Shown here piece after piece: positions 38,683 to 54,160 of a stretch of DNA of 64,000 nt. The stretch spans positions 38,192,001-38,256,000 of the forward strand of contig NC_043013.1 in the NCBI RefSeq assembly GCF_006345805.1. The letters run 5' to 3'. The stretch comes from Octopus sinensis. Lineage: Eukaryota. The notes beneath the pieces were generated by a model. It did not search any database and was not told the DNA's origin. It was given only the letters and a program-made list of their open reading frames with translations. Each line of letters starts with the position of its first letter. Position 1 is the first letter of the stretch. The translations under genes and the position numbers were made by a program.

Positions 38683-39765
38683 CGACGACAACAACGACGA
38701 CGATGATGGTGATGACTACGATGACGACGACGATAAATTCTATATAAACAACCATATTTGGGTGAAGTTTATAAATAGAACGAAAATATAAATAAGACGA
38801 CGACGAAAATGACTGTCTCGTTTTACACTTCATCAAGATACTGGGGTTTCAGATGAACTAATATTGTGGTAGGCTATGGTGGTGGTGGTGGTTGCAGTGG
38901 GAGGTGGATATGATACTGGTGATGGTGGAATCGGTAGGGGGGAGGTGGTGGTGGTGGTGGTGGTGGACTGTTGCAGTGGTGTGTGTTTGTGGTTTAATGT
39001 TTATAGGAACGTCATTTCCTTGTAAGATTAACCTGTTGAATCATTCAACGATCATTTAGCGATCACGTATGCTATCTATCGACCCGAGGTGAAAATTGAT
39101 CCCGGTACCAACAAAAGAATCTCTTTCATTCCCCTCCACCATCACTCTGTTCCTCTTGTGCATTTTCTCTCTTCTCCTCCAATCACCCCTTCTCTCTCTT
39201 TCACTCTCCCTCTCTCTCTCCTTCTTTCTCTCTCACTAACTCTGACTCTCATTCTCTCTAATTTTAATCAGTCTTTTTCTACCTCTCACCTTCCCTTAAT
39301 CTCTAACCATTACTTTAATCCCTCCTAATTCTAACTCATTCATTATCTTTAATATTCCTTCCCATTCATTCTAACTTTCCTTCTGTTATTTTATTCTCTG
39401 ACACTCTTTCCCTTTCTCTCTCATTATATCTTACTGTTGCCTTTTCATTATCTCTTGATTTTTCTTGTTTTTCTCGTGCTTTTTTTGTCTGTGTGTTTTT
39501 GTTTTTCAAACTGTCATTCATTTCTTCCATATACTATTCCGTGTTTTTGTTCATCAATATGTTTATGTGACCTCGATATCATATCATGTTATAGTTTACT
39601 TTACACTTACTCATACGCGCGCGTATGCATACATACACATATACATGCGTACATATAAATATATTATATGTATAATATGTATATATATATATATGTATAT
39701 ATACACACATATGTATATATATATATATGAATATATATGTATTATATATGTATGTGTATATATAT

Positions 39766-39811
<46 letters not shown>

Positions 39812-40013
39812 TATATTTGCAAACATGCATGCAAATATCTATACTTATACATACATATATGTTATGTAGAAATACTTATACAAACATACATATATATAAT
39901 ATATACATGCATATGTGGTGTATATATATATGTGTGTGTGCGTGTGTGTGTGTGTGCCTGCGTGTATGTGTGTATGTGTGTAGGAGGTACATGCATGACA
40001 TGTATGCATGTAT

Positions 40014-40059
<46 letters not shown>

Positions 40060-40369
40060 TGAAATTACGATTATCATAAGTTCATATTAGTAGTCCCTAC
40101 GTACGATTCATCATTGCTTGGTGCCCAAGTGCATTGGGATGTTTAACCAGAATCGAACCCTTTCTGGTATTCTTTGTAACTTAATGCAAGAAAGTGTTCC
40201 ATGATGATCCGTTCTTGATCAACAACCAATTGCATTTAGATTACACCCGATCCAGGGTTTAAAAAAATAGTGAAACAGATATAGTAACTGAAAGCATAAG
40301 CCTGTATTTATCGTAATTTGTCCTATATTTGCCCAATATTTCATAATTAGCTATTCTAATTATAATTGC

Positions 40370-40690
40370 GACTACAAGGGTTCCAGTTGATCTGATCAAC
40401 AGAACAGCCTGCTCGTGAAACTAACCTACATGTGGCAGAGCACTCCACAGACATGCTTTCTCTTAACGTTGCCCTCAGGGAGATTCAGCATGACACAGAG
40501 TGTGACAAAACTGGCCCTTTGAAATGCAGGTACAACTCATTGTGAGTGGCCTGGAGTAACTTGTAATGTTACTCCAATTGAGTGGTCTGGAGTAACTTGT
40601 AATGAAGTGACTTGCTTAAGGCCACAACGCACCACCAGGTATCGTGAGTCGAATACCCTCAGCAACGCGCCTTCACATACTAAGTATAGC
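40370..40690 (-). mobile_element. Degenerate CORE-like SINE (tail C type)
   Basis: Reverse complement of the tail C block. Confidence 0.6.
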
Positions 40691-40819
40691 AGTTGCTTAA
40701 TTACTATCTCGGAACCAGACAGACTGATAATAATCCACTCCAAGCTCTTAACTTAAAAGTACCAGACACACATATTTTTGTACACCCAGAATACATGATA
40801 TATACATATATATATATAT

Positions 40820-40856
<37 letters not shown>

Positions 40857-40874
40857 TATATATATATATATATT

Positions 40875-41106
40875 ATCACAATCAAGGAACGGCCATAATA
40901 GGCCATTCACCCACTAGAAATAACAGCCAAAGCTTCAACCGCAAATAAACATCAATTCCGTAAACCAGGAGAAAATTAAAAAACATTTACCCTGTAATTT
41001 TTTAATTTTCTCCTGGTTTACGGAATTGATGTTTATTTGCGGTTGAAGCTTTGGCTGTTATTTCTAGTGGGTGAATGGCCTATTATGGCCGTTCCTTGAT
41101 TGTGAT
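40875..41106. repeat. Perfect inverted repeat with 109-bp arms and a 14-nt spacer
   Basis: 40875-40983 is the exact reverse complement of 40998-41106. Confidence 0.95.
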
Positions 41107-41202
41107 GTTGAACTTAAAAATGGTCTATGACTATTTAATTTTTTCCCACTAGGCCGCTGGTGGCAAAAAAATTCTACAAAATTTTTTGCCACCCTATATT
41201 GA

Positions 41203-41271
<69 letters not shown>

Positions 41272-41539
41272 CATGTACTACTAATATAAGATGATGCTTT
41301 TTACAGAAAAAAATTTCATCAAAAAAAGAGCAGCATATTAGAATACCTTTAAAGGTTAAAATTATAAACAACTTATAAACAAGGGCAAAAGAAAATTATT
41401 AATACTGATAACAGACTTTTAAATCGTCAATTTCCATATATTATTATATACCCACTACAGAAATACGTTGTGCTGAAATCGAGAAAAGCTAGCCAACAGA
41501 ATTTTTTTTTTAAAGTTCGTTATTTCTATATTGAATATG

Positions 41540-41571
<32 letters not shown>

Positions 41572-41774
41572 TGTATGTTTCCACCCAAGGTATTTTCAAA
41601 TGCAAACTTATGGATATGTGTGTGTGCGTGCGTGTGTGTGTATGTGTATGTGGTGTGTGTGTGTGTATGTGTGTTTTGTAATTTAAATTGGATGTGAAAT
41701 GACAAATTTGTAGGCAATGATGATAATTGATAAATAAATTAATTTATATCCATTAATTCTCTCCATATTCAGAC

Positions 41775-41860
<86 letters not shown>

Positions 41861-41861
<1 letters not shown>

Positions 41862-42315
41862 TAGATCATGCCTCCCCATTGATATAACTGTCCCAATCGA
41901 CATAAATGTATCTGTGAAGAACTACCAAAAACTGAGCAAGTATAAGGATCTTGAAACAAATTGGCAAAATGTGGAACCTCAAGACTAAATCAATATCTGT
42001 TATCATAGGTGCCCTTGGAATGATAGGAAAAGTGGCTGGTTGCTACCTAGCTCAGATACCAGGAAACCCCAAAAAGGCAGAAACTACCATAGGAACTACC
42101 CATATCCTACGTAAGATACTATGTAATCTCAAATTTTAAAACAAACTCGTAATTTTCTTGTTTTCTTAAACATTCTCTAGAATAATACTATGTGCAAAAC
42201 CAAATATATGATACCCCAGGCATAACACCAGCATGAACTTTTAACTTGTTGTCTCTTGAGATCTCTGGGTGAGACTTGGAGACAACTTGTAAAAAATGCA
42301 AAGCTCAAGTCAAAC
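41861..42315 (+). mobile_element. R4/Dong-type 3' fragment (different subfamily from the adjacent copy)
   Basis: IDITVPIDINVSVKNYQKLSKYKDLE / KMWNLKTKSISVIIGALGMIGK..GTTHILRKIL plus a 3' UTR, with (TAA)n on both sides. Confidence 0.8.
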
Positions 42316-42393
<78 letters not shown>

Positions 42394-42402
42394 TAATAAT
42401 AA

Positions 42403-44552
<2,150 letters not shown>

Positions 44553-44664
44553 TGATGATAATAATAATATGTATATATATCCATATATATGCTTCGTTTT
44601 TGGATTTGGTTTGCAATATTCTTTATGTGAGTTCGTATGTTGAAGCATATTCTGTTGTGTCTGG

Positions 44665-45015
44665 GGAGAGGACAAACAAGGACAGACAAACGGATTAAGT
44701 CGATTATATCAACACCAGTGTGTAACTGGTACATATTTAATCAACCCTGAAAGGATGAAAGGCAAAGTCGACCTCGGCGGAATTTGAACCCAGAACGTAT
44801 CGGCAGACGAAATACCTATTTCTTTATTACCCACAAGGGGCTAAACGCAGAAGGGACAAACAAGTACAGACATAGGTATTAAGTCGATTACATCGACCCC
44901 AGTGCGTAACTGGTACTTAATTTATCGACCCCGAAAGGATGAAAGGCAAAGTCGACCTCGGCGAAATTTGAACCCAGAACGTGACGTTCTAACGTTTCTG
45001 TCGGCTTGCTGTCTT
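44665..45015 (-). mobile_element. SINE family B dimer (head + body + Tx1-like tail + second body unit)
   Basis: Reverse complement of the 29586-30172 organisation. Confidence 0.85.
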
Positions 45016-45779
45016 AAATTAGTGAAATAATAATGATAATTCTTTTCGGAAATTTAGACAAAAGATTTCAAGGCATCTTTATATAAAAGCGTATGTAGAT
45101 TTATATATGTGTATACGCACTCACACACAGAGACGCACACACCTAAATACATATATGTGTGTGTGTGTGTATGCATGTAATATATGTTTTTGAGTATGTG
45201 TGCATACACATGTATGGAGAGAGAGAGGGGGAAGAGAGAAGATTATGAATTGAGAGAAAAAGATGAGATGCAGGACAGAATAATGAAAGAGTGAGTATAT
45301 GAATAAGGTAGACATAAAAGCTTGCCTCATGAGCAGAGGGAGAGACGGAGAGACGGAGAGAGAGAGTGAGTAAGAATAGTTTTGAGAGTGGTTCGGAAAG
45401 AGAGGAAGAGAGTAAAGTAAGGAGGGAGAAAGGAAGGGAGAGCAAGGAGCGCAGAGGTGATGAGACATATGTGAAAGGTAATACATCTGATCTCTAGTGT
45501 TTCTTTATTTTGATATCTGTGCGTCGTGTTGACGTCTTTGAAAGGTTTGTATTGCAAATAGAGTTGGAGAGAGGGAGAGAGAGAGGGCGGGAAATGGTAG
45601 AGATAAGGCGGGAAATGGTGTGGTAACGTGTGTAATTAGAGCGTGAGAAATGGAGAGAGGGGGTAAATGGCGGATGTATGATATGCATGAAGATCGATCA
45701 ATGATTCTTTAATTAGAACATCACATTCCTCATATCGACTGTTTTCATATTCGTAGCCGTTATTTACAAACGTTGTTTC

Positions 45780-46345
45780 GTTGATGATGATGATGATGAT
45801 GATGATGATGTTGTTCTTGTTGTTGTTATTGTTGTTGTTGATGATGATCTTGTTGTTATTAATATCATTGTCGATGATTTTTAATTTTAATGTTTTGTTT
45901 TCTCTGTTCTTCAATTTTTCCATGTCGCAGTTGTTATGGCCAAACAATTACTACGATTATTGTTGGTGCTGTTGCTGCTGCTACTGTTATCGTTGTTTTT
46001 GTTGTTGCTGCTGCTACTGTTATTGTTGTTGTTGTTGTTGTTGTTGTTATTGTTGTTACGCATGGGCTGTCGTTGTTGTTGTTGTGATTGTTACGCATGG
46101 GCTGTTGTTGATATTAATAGTAATACTAATAAACATCATTATCACCATCATCATCATCATCATCGTCACAATCATCATCATCATCTCACCACCGCCACCG
46201 CCGCCGCCGCCACCACCACCACCACCACCATCACCTGTCCCATCATCATCATTATCATCGTCATCATCCCACCATCGACACCACCACCACCATCACCTGC
46301 TCCATCATCATCATCATCATCATCGTCGTCGTCCTCGTCATCGTC
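45780..46345. repeat. Mosaic of trinucleotide repeats (GAT, TTG, CTG, CAT, CAC, CGC)
   Basis: Direct observation; the source of the homopolymeric pseudo-ORFs. Confidence 0.9.
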
Positions 46346-46910
46346 ACCAGCGAGATGATGAGAATATGGATGTGACGCGAGCAGGTAGCGGTGGGGTGGA
46401 TTATGAAGATTATGAAGTTTATGAAACCATTCCAAATCCCACTTGGCCATGACCATCTCGCCTTATTTTCCAGTATGGCGAGCAACATTACACTTTATCA
46501 CATTGATTAAAATAATGTGGTTCACTATACTAGAAAGCAAAGTGAGATAGTCATGGTCGGAATGCAACAACCTTTGGTCGTTGGAATGAATGCCCAATCA
46601 GAACTGATCTAAACAATAATTGCAACAGCAACGACAACAGCAATGACAACAACAATGAAATCCACGACAACGACAAAGAATTCTCAAAACCATTATAGAT
46701 AGATATAAGAGTTAATAAATGTCACTTATTTAGAATACACTCACCTGTTGTTTTCATTTGATACATTTCTCTTCGTATATATATTCCGGTTATGAAATGA
46801 GAATTCCATACAAACGGAACAAAGTCTCAATATTTCTATTTCGAAGGCTCTGCACTCTAAAACAATTTTTTATTTTACCTAGGAACCCCTTTGATTACTG
46901 TTTTATCCTG

Positions 46911-47105
46911 ACGGGCCTCCATAATTAATCAATGTTAAAAGCTGGTTTTGAAGAAACTTCTACCAAAATTCCTATTTTGATTTTCACATGTTCACTTGTA
47001 TTTTTGCAATACGGGCCCCCATAATTAATCAGTGTTTAAAAGCTGATTTTGAAGAAACTTCTTCCAAAATTCCTATGCTGATTTTCACATGTTCATTTGT
47101 ATATG
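46911..47105. repeat. About 100-bp tandem duplication
   Basis: ACGGGCC(T/C)CCATAATTAATCA..GAAGAAACTTCT..TTTTCACATGTTCA occurs at 46911 and 47011. Confidence 0.85.
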
Positions 47106-47954
47106 TTTGAAATAGTACTCTCTGAAAGAATATGCTTCAACGGTCAGAAACGTGGTAAACTATGTAAAGCATTAGACAAAGGAACCTAGCTGTTAATTGC
47201 AATAAATACTTTTAAAGCAGTTTTTTTTCTGGACCCTAAAAATATTACTGCAGATCCCCAATTTACTATATTGTTTATAAGAACTTACAGAAAGCTTACA
47301 TGGACCCCGGTTGAGAAACAATACTCTCAAATATATAGTACCATTTCTAGGGAAATATTTTCCTTTGTTGCTAAATACAGTCGGTGCAGGAATGAACCTA
47401 TGCGGATGATATTTCTCAATCACATAGCTTGTATAAATTGGGTTGACGCAAACCTGGAAAGTGAACGTGAAATTTGATAGACATAAACTATACGGACGCC
47501 TGATCGATGGGATGTATCTATTTTGGCTTGTAGATTTAATCTGTAGCTGCAGTTCATCATCCCCATTTGGTCCTTGCATCTCTCTAGCTGATTGAAATAT
47601 GTTGCAAACATTATGACAAGGCCACTGTTATGGAGATTAACTTAATATTTTCACCCGCTGACCACCAATTGCAACAAACATCTAAACATACAGTAATATA
47701 AATATAGCAAAGGAGCACGTTTCACGGTAAGGATATATTTTGCAACTGCTTGACTCTTTTAGCGAGAAGCATTCCTAAGTCATATGATGACCACGATTGG
47801 ATATTTGGCCCTCCATTAACCAGACAATGAAAGTCTTATGCCAACTACAGTAATCTCTCGACTATCGCGGGCATTACGTTCCAAACCGCCCCGCAATAGG
47901 TGAAAATCCGCGAAGTAGAAACAGTATATTTTCTTATTATTTTTATAATTGGTA

Positions 47955-48384
47955 GGCGTAGGAGTGGCTGTGTGGTAAGTAGCTTGCTTACCAACCACAT
48001 GGTTCCAGGTTCAGTCCCACTGCGTAGCACCTTGGGCAAGTGTCTTCTACTATAGCCTCTGGCCGACTAAAGCCTTGTGAGTGGATTTAGTTGACGGAAA
48101 CTGAAAGAAGCCCATCGTATATATGTAAATATATATATATATTGGTAAAACGGTAAGATAACAAAAGAAAGAAAGAGACCTCAATATTATGTAAATAGAG
48201 GAAATGTATCTATAAAATTATATGTTACATTACTCGATAGTCAAGATAAAACTCTGAGTTTCAGATGCTGAAGTGGGAAACCACGACGCCATCTCTTCGG
48301 TTATCTGAAACTCAGAGTTTTATCTTAACTATCGAGTAATGTAACATATTTTATAGATATATATATGGTTTTGTCTCTAATTTG

Positions 48385-48439
<55 letters not shown>

Positions 48440-48666
48440 TATATACGTGTGTGTGTATATGTTTGTGTGTCTGTGTTTGTTCCCGCAACATCCCTTTTGA
48501 CAACCGATGCTGGTGTGTTTAAGTCCCCGTAACTTAGCGGTTCGGCAAAAGAGACCGATAGAATAAGTACTAGGCTTATAAAGAATAAGTTCTGGGGTCG
48601 ATTTGCTCGACTAAAGGCGATGCTCCAGCATGGCCACAGTCAAATGCCTGAAACAAGTGAAAGAAT
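47955..48666 (+). mobile_element. SINE family A with an extra insert in its internal (TA)n tract
   Basis: Head 47955-48120 and tail 48445-48666 match 25045-25456. The intervening about 300 bp contains an inverted repeat. Confidence 0.85.
48207..48359. repeat. Inverted repeat (about 58-bp arms) enclosing a hammerhead-like motif (minus strand, 48245-48305)
   Basis: Arms at 48207-48266 and 48303-48359. Minus strand reads GAUAA-CCGAAGA-GAUG..CAUC-U-GAA-ACUCAGAGU-U-UUAUC. Confidence 0.75.
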
Positions 48667-49859
48667 ATATATTCATTTTAAGATAAATGCAGAACAACAA
48701 CACGGAGGAATCGACGTAAGCTTAAATAATAAACCGCGATAGGTGAACCGCGATATGACGACGGATTACTGTAGTCTACAGGAAGTTAGCGATGTATCAG
48801 ACTGGAAATATTCTCGAAGAGAACTGGTATCATGTCCTCGGTAGGGTGGGGGACACTGCTCATTTCTCATAAACTCTGCATGATTTGTATCGCCAAGATG
48901 TATGCAAAACAGCAAAACCGCTCTGCAATCACTTTTACACTGTCCTAGCATTACTGACTTGCTCGCAGAGTTATGTTGAACAGCTGTTGTTGCCTGTATA
49001 ATAGATCCAACTATCGGGCAAGTCCATCGTGTGGGGTTCCACCTACAACCTTCCCTTTTTGGCCGAGAAATCATTCAGTTTTCTTTCGTGTAGTGATAAA
49101 CTAGAATTGCTGAAAATAGATACTTCGCTCTAAGGCTAAACCTGCAGTTGGAAAGGATAGCAAAAATAATTGTTTAGGTACTAACCGCCATTTAATTTAC
49201 TGAAAAATGAACGCATGTAATGAAATCGATGATACTTAGAAGGTTAATTATTGAATTGTAATTAAAGGTCAACGGCGTCATGAAGTGATGATTCATGTCA
49301 TCTTTCTGTGGGTGGCTACTTTGTCTCTGTGGATTACACTGAATTTATTAACGCGTCTAAAATGTTAATTTGCTGCGAAAGCTCACGTGTTTTGTAACAA
49401 AAAAAAAACTTTTTTTTTGTGGTTCAAATCCCATAGATATCAGCTGTGCATTTTATCCTTTCGATGTTGATAAAATAAGCTATCAGTCAAGTACTGGGAT
49501 CGATGTAATTGACGTATTTCTCCTCCTCTTAAAATTACTGGCACAGTACCAAAATTTTAAATACGGTGGTTCAAATAATGTGCCTCTCCGGCAAAATCAT
49601 TACCTTACCGGACAAAATGTTTAACAACATTTATTCCACCATTTTATGTTCTGTGTTCAAATGCTGCTGAGGTCGACTTTGTCGTTCATCCTTTCCGGAA
49701 CGATAAAATAAAATATTGATAATCAGGTACTGGGACCGATTTAATTGACTAAGCTTCAGATCGTCCACACAAAACAGATAGTTTATCGTCGCGTTATAAA
49801 TTTTGAACCCATACCCGTTGTTATTTAGTTCGTTTGAGAGTGGAATCAGTACTATGTAA

Positions 49860-50547
49860 CACCGTTATGGGTAGAAGGAGTCACCTTGAAGGATGCCTCG
49901 TTTGATTTGCTAGATTGGATTATCCCATTAGTATGGTTTGGAAGGAAACGTGTAAGAATTTGGATACCACAAGAGAGATCTTATATTTCTTAAGGGTTTG
50001 AGTAGCCAATTATGTGGGACACTATCAAGCGCTTTCCTGTAGTCTATCCATGCCATACTCAGGTTCTTTTTGGTCCGTACGGCTATTCTCTACAATAATT
50101 TTACTTATGAGTAATTGAGCTTTGCATCCATAACAATTCCTTTTGAGCTTGTGGAAGGATAGACCTCTTACTCATTTTTCCTCTTTTCTGAATCATTACA
50201 CTACATTTCTCGATCCCAAATTCCATGCCAATATCTTTGCTAATCATCTGCGCAGTTGCCGACAAACTTTCAATTTCCGTCTCAGTTTTAGCGAATAGCT
50301 TTAGGTCATCCATAAACCACAGGTTGCTAACTTTCACCCTGCCTAGCATGTACCCCACAAGCATTTTTTCTTAAAATGCTCGTTAGTGGCAGTATGCGGA
50401 CAACAAATAGGAGAGGTGACAGACTGTCCCCTTGAAAAATTCCTCTTTTGATATTTACCTCTCTCAGCTTATCTCCCCATGATGTGAGTTCATTTCGCCA
50501 CGTAGTCATTGAGTTTTGGATTAACTTCAGGATATTGTGGGAGACCT
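49860..50547 (-). mobile_element. R4/Dong-type RT fragments
   Basis: NIKRGIFQGDSLSPLLFV, FMDDLKLFAK..GMEFGIEKC, then ILPQAQK..MAWIDYRKALDSVPHNWLL. The 5' side abuts (TTA)n. Confidence 0.8.
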
Positions 50548-50559
50548 TATTATTATTCC

Positions 50560-50600
<41 letters not shown>

Positions 50601-50602
<2 letters not shown>

Positions 50603-50962
50603 TATGGTTTCTTTTCATTATAACTTTATTTCAGCTGCCTTAGTACCGGGCACCCTCCGGAGGCCAAGAGTGGCAAGGGCACTTTTGTTTTGCTATGTAT
50701 GCTAAAATTATCATTACATTTATTCCATTTTCAGATAGCGAGTGCTTTCCGTAGTATATGGGCTGTACCCATCAAGGTTATCTTTCGTAGCTCACGGAAA
50801 CTGGAGTCACCAGGCAGTAGCTTAATATACTTCTCATCTCCCTTCTTTATCACTGCCAACGCACCAATTACTACTGGTATTATCGTAGTACTAAGCTTCC
50901 ACATTCTTGTGATTTCAATTTGCAGATCTTTATAGAGAGAAAGCTTTTCGCATTCTTTTCGT
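50601..50962 (-). mobile_element. R4/Dong-type 3' fragment
   Basis: RKECEKLSLYKDLQIEITRMWKLSTTIIPVVIGALAVIKKG..TLMGTAHILRKALAI* plus a 3' UTR, with (TAA)n on both sides. Confidence 0.85.
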
Positions 50963-51017
50963 ATTATTATTATTATTATCATCATCAGCATCATCATCAT
51001 CGTTATTATTATTATTA

Positions 51018-51066
<49 letters not shown>

Positions 51067-51951
51067 TTTATTTTGGTGTCGAGACAAAATGATAAAGCGT
51101 CTGACTAGTTGTTTTATATTATTTAATCCATATTACTCGTAGGAAAAGAATGAGGGCGGGAGGGAGTTATATAACCACAGCTGTTGTATTTATTCATGAG
51201 CGCTAGAGTCTCGCAGCCTTAATTGTACAGTTGCTTATTAGCATTATTTAATTGTTTTGTTGTGTTCGTGTTTTTTTCATTTTTTTTTTTTTTTACTTTT
51301 TAATTTATCTATTTCTTTCTTTAGCTAGATTATGTGGTCGAGGGAAAGAAAGAGAAATAGAAAACAAGAGGGTTGAGTTGTGGGAGTAGAGGTTGGAGGG
51401 GTGGTGGAGGGGGGTGGAGGGGGGTGGAGAGCTATGGAGCAAAAGAAGTAAGTGGCCTTTATGTAATCAGCAACAACGGGTGAATAGCAGATGAAACATT
51501 ACGAGGCTACACAGCTGTTTTTATTCAGTTCTAGCGTCATATCAGTTGCGCTGGAATGCACATGCGTAGTGGAAGGTGTCTGAACAGGTCTTGTGTGACT
51601 GGGTTGAGTTGTGTGAATGAATGTACATGTGCATCAATCTGTATGTCCATGCATGACTATGTGTGTATATATATGTGTCTGTGTGTGTGTGTGCGTACGT
51701 ATGTGTGTGTGTGTGTGTGTGCGTACGTATGTGTGTGTATGGATTTCTCTTGGTCACTTTATTCCCATGACTATGCAATATACGTCTGTGTATCCGTGTA
51801 TGTAACTGTATAGTTGAATACGTATGTCTAGGTGTGTCAATGTATGCGTGTACAGGAATACATGCGTATGTTTGTATGATGTGTGTGTGTGTGTGTGGAC
51901 GGTTGAATGGAAATGTTTCCCTTTCTCTGTGATAAGTGTGCATGTCCATTC

Positions 51952-51988
<37 letters not shown>

Positions 51989-52164
51989 TATATATATATA
52001 TATAAGGTATAAGTATCAAATATATACGTTTTACTTATTATTTTGCACATTACTTAATCATTGTTATATGTTTTATGTTATATTTTTTTTTCTATAATAT
52101 GTAATTTTTCTAAATGGTATAATTTAATTTTTCAATATTGAATTGATAAAGGGTGTTTTTTTTC

Positions 52165-52202
<38 letters not shown>

Positions 52203-52269
52203 TTTGTGAAATCTGAGTTAGTATTTCTAAATTGAATTTTTCCCTGTAAGTTTGGAATAATATTTCTTC

Positions 52270-52300
<31 letters not shown>

Positions 52301-52345
52301 TCTTTCTCTTTCTTTCTCCCTTACTCTCTTTCCCTTTCTCTTTCC

Positions 52346-52398
<53 letters not shown>

Positions 52399-52839
52399 GA
52401 TTCTCGCTTCCTCTCTCCTTGTATATATGTGTGTGCCCATGATTTGATTCCAGTATATTTGTTCTTTTAATGAAGCGATAAGTAGCAAGTCTGGGTCTGG
52501 GTCTGGCACTGGTTGACTCACTTCATTAGCGGATACTGACTCGTTTGATGGTTCAGTGATAGAAAACTCCAACATGCGTGTGTACACGTCTGCATGTGTG
52601 TGTGTGCGCACGTGTGTGTGTTCTTTGTGTGTGTGTCATTGTGTCTGTGTTTATCTCCTATCACCGCTTCATAACTGGTCTCCGTTTCTTTACGTTCCTA
52701 TAATATAGCGGTTCGGCAAAAAGACAGATATAATAAGTACCAGCTTTCAAAAAGAAGATGGTCCTAAAATTGATACGTTCTTCAAGGCAGTGCCCAGCAT
52801 GACCACTCTCTAAATGCTGAATGCTGAAGCATGTAAAAG

Positions 52840-52911
<72 letters not shown>

Positions 52912-53011
52912 TGTGGTGTGTGTTGTGTGTGTGTGTGCCTGTGTGTGTATATATAAACATATACACACACACACACACACACATATATATATTATTATAA
53001 ATATAATTTTA

Positions 53012-53782
53012 TCAATAATGAGGGAGATAAATTAATATTAATATCAATCTAAAACCAGTAGTCCAGCATTCAAAAAATCTGAGAAGTCAGAGAAAATTCT
53101 AATATATGTGTATATAGGCAGGGCTGGCCTGCTAGGTAGCCGGCCGAATGCTAGAAAAAGATCATCAACGATCAAACTACAAGGGAAATTCTCTAGAGGA
53201 AGAATTCAGCGAACACCAGAACCAAATTTGGCGGGCAGGACATCATATATTAGAATTTTCTCTGACTTCTCAGATTTTTGAATGCTGGACTATTGGTTTT
53301 AGATTGATATTAATATTAATTTATCTCCCTCATTATTGAAATATTGAAATAAATACGTTCCCTAGTAGTAAGCACTAACCGCAGTGAATTATTCACTGCA
53401 GCCCTTCGCTTCAGGAATTTCTTAGCGCGCCAGAACCAAGACATTTGAAATTTTATCCACGATGTAATCGGTAAAACTAAGCACGTGTCTGTCTTGACAC
53501 AGAGAGTTGGGGTTAGTTTTTCAGTTTGCATCTCGATGACCGAATGTACTGATGAAGTCACGGACATTTGAATTATGTAAGTAATTCTTTTGTTAAAGAC
53601 CGAAACCGAGGTATGCATTTAAGTCTGTTTTTTATTTAAATTTTCATATGTCCTGCCCGCAAATTTGGTTCTGGTGTTCGCTGAATTCTTCCTATAGAGA
53701 ATTCCCTTGAAGTTTGATCGTTGATGATCTTTTTCTAGCATTCGGCCGGCTACCTAGCAGGCCAGCCCTGCCTATATATACA
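53012..53782. repeat. Interlocked inverted repeats with layout A - B' - A' - C - B
   Basis: 53012-53108 is inverted to 53244-53339, and 53109-53243 is inverted to 53648-53782, each with a few differences. Confidence 0.9.
53542..53620 (+). ncRNA. Type I hammerhead ribozyme motif
   Basis: GAAUGUA-CUGAUGA-AGUC-(38 nt)-GACC-GAA-ACCGAGGU-A-UGCAUUU. Intact core, 7-bp stem I, and a GUA cleavage triplet. Confidence 0.65.
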
Positions 53783-53914
53783 TATATATTATATAGATAT
53801 ATAGTATATATATATATATATATATATATAGTAGATATATATATATTATATATATATAGATTCTATTATATATATATACTATATATATATATATATATAT
53901 ATATACATAAATGT

Positions 53915-54160
53915 GAAGGCGCATGTCTCAATGGTTAGAGCGTCGAGTTTACGATCGTGTGGTTGTGAGTTCGATTCTCGGAACGGGCTGCGCGTTGTGT
54001 TCTTGAGCAAAACACTTCATTTCACGTTGCTCCAGTCCACTCAGCTGGCAAAAATAAATAACGCTTCGTTGGACTGGCGTCCATTCCAGCTGGGAAACAC
54101 ATACGCCATAGAAACCGGGAAACCGGGCCCATGAGCCTGGCTAGGCTTTAAAAGGGCGCA
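53915..54160 (+). mobile_element. Chimeric SINE (head 2/CORE + V-domain-like tail)
   Basis: The 5' part matches 24455-24590 and the 3' part matches 31120-31217. Confidence 0.8.

Larger units (their letters stand above)
47846..48773. mobile_element. Tigger/pogo-like MITE interrupted by a SINE A insertion
   Basis: TA-CAGTAATCTCTCGACTATCGCGG ... CCGCGATATGACGACGGATTACTG-TA: imperfect TIRs with TA flanks. Confidence 0.75.

Noticed and set aside
45781-46452. 223-aa ORF with Cys/Pro/His tracts and a unique-looking tail (RDDENMDVTRAG...)
   Set aside because: It is almost entirely a trinucleotide-repeat mosaic, and the short tail has no supporting splice or homology evidence.
47193-47640. 128-aa minus-strand ORF as a possible DNA transposase fragment
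   Set aside because: Only a vague resemblance (YIPS); no catalytic motif could be confirmed.
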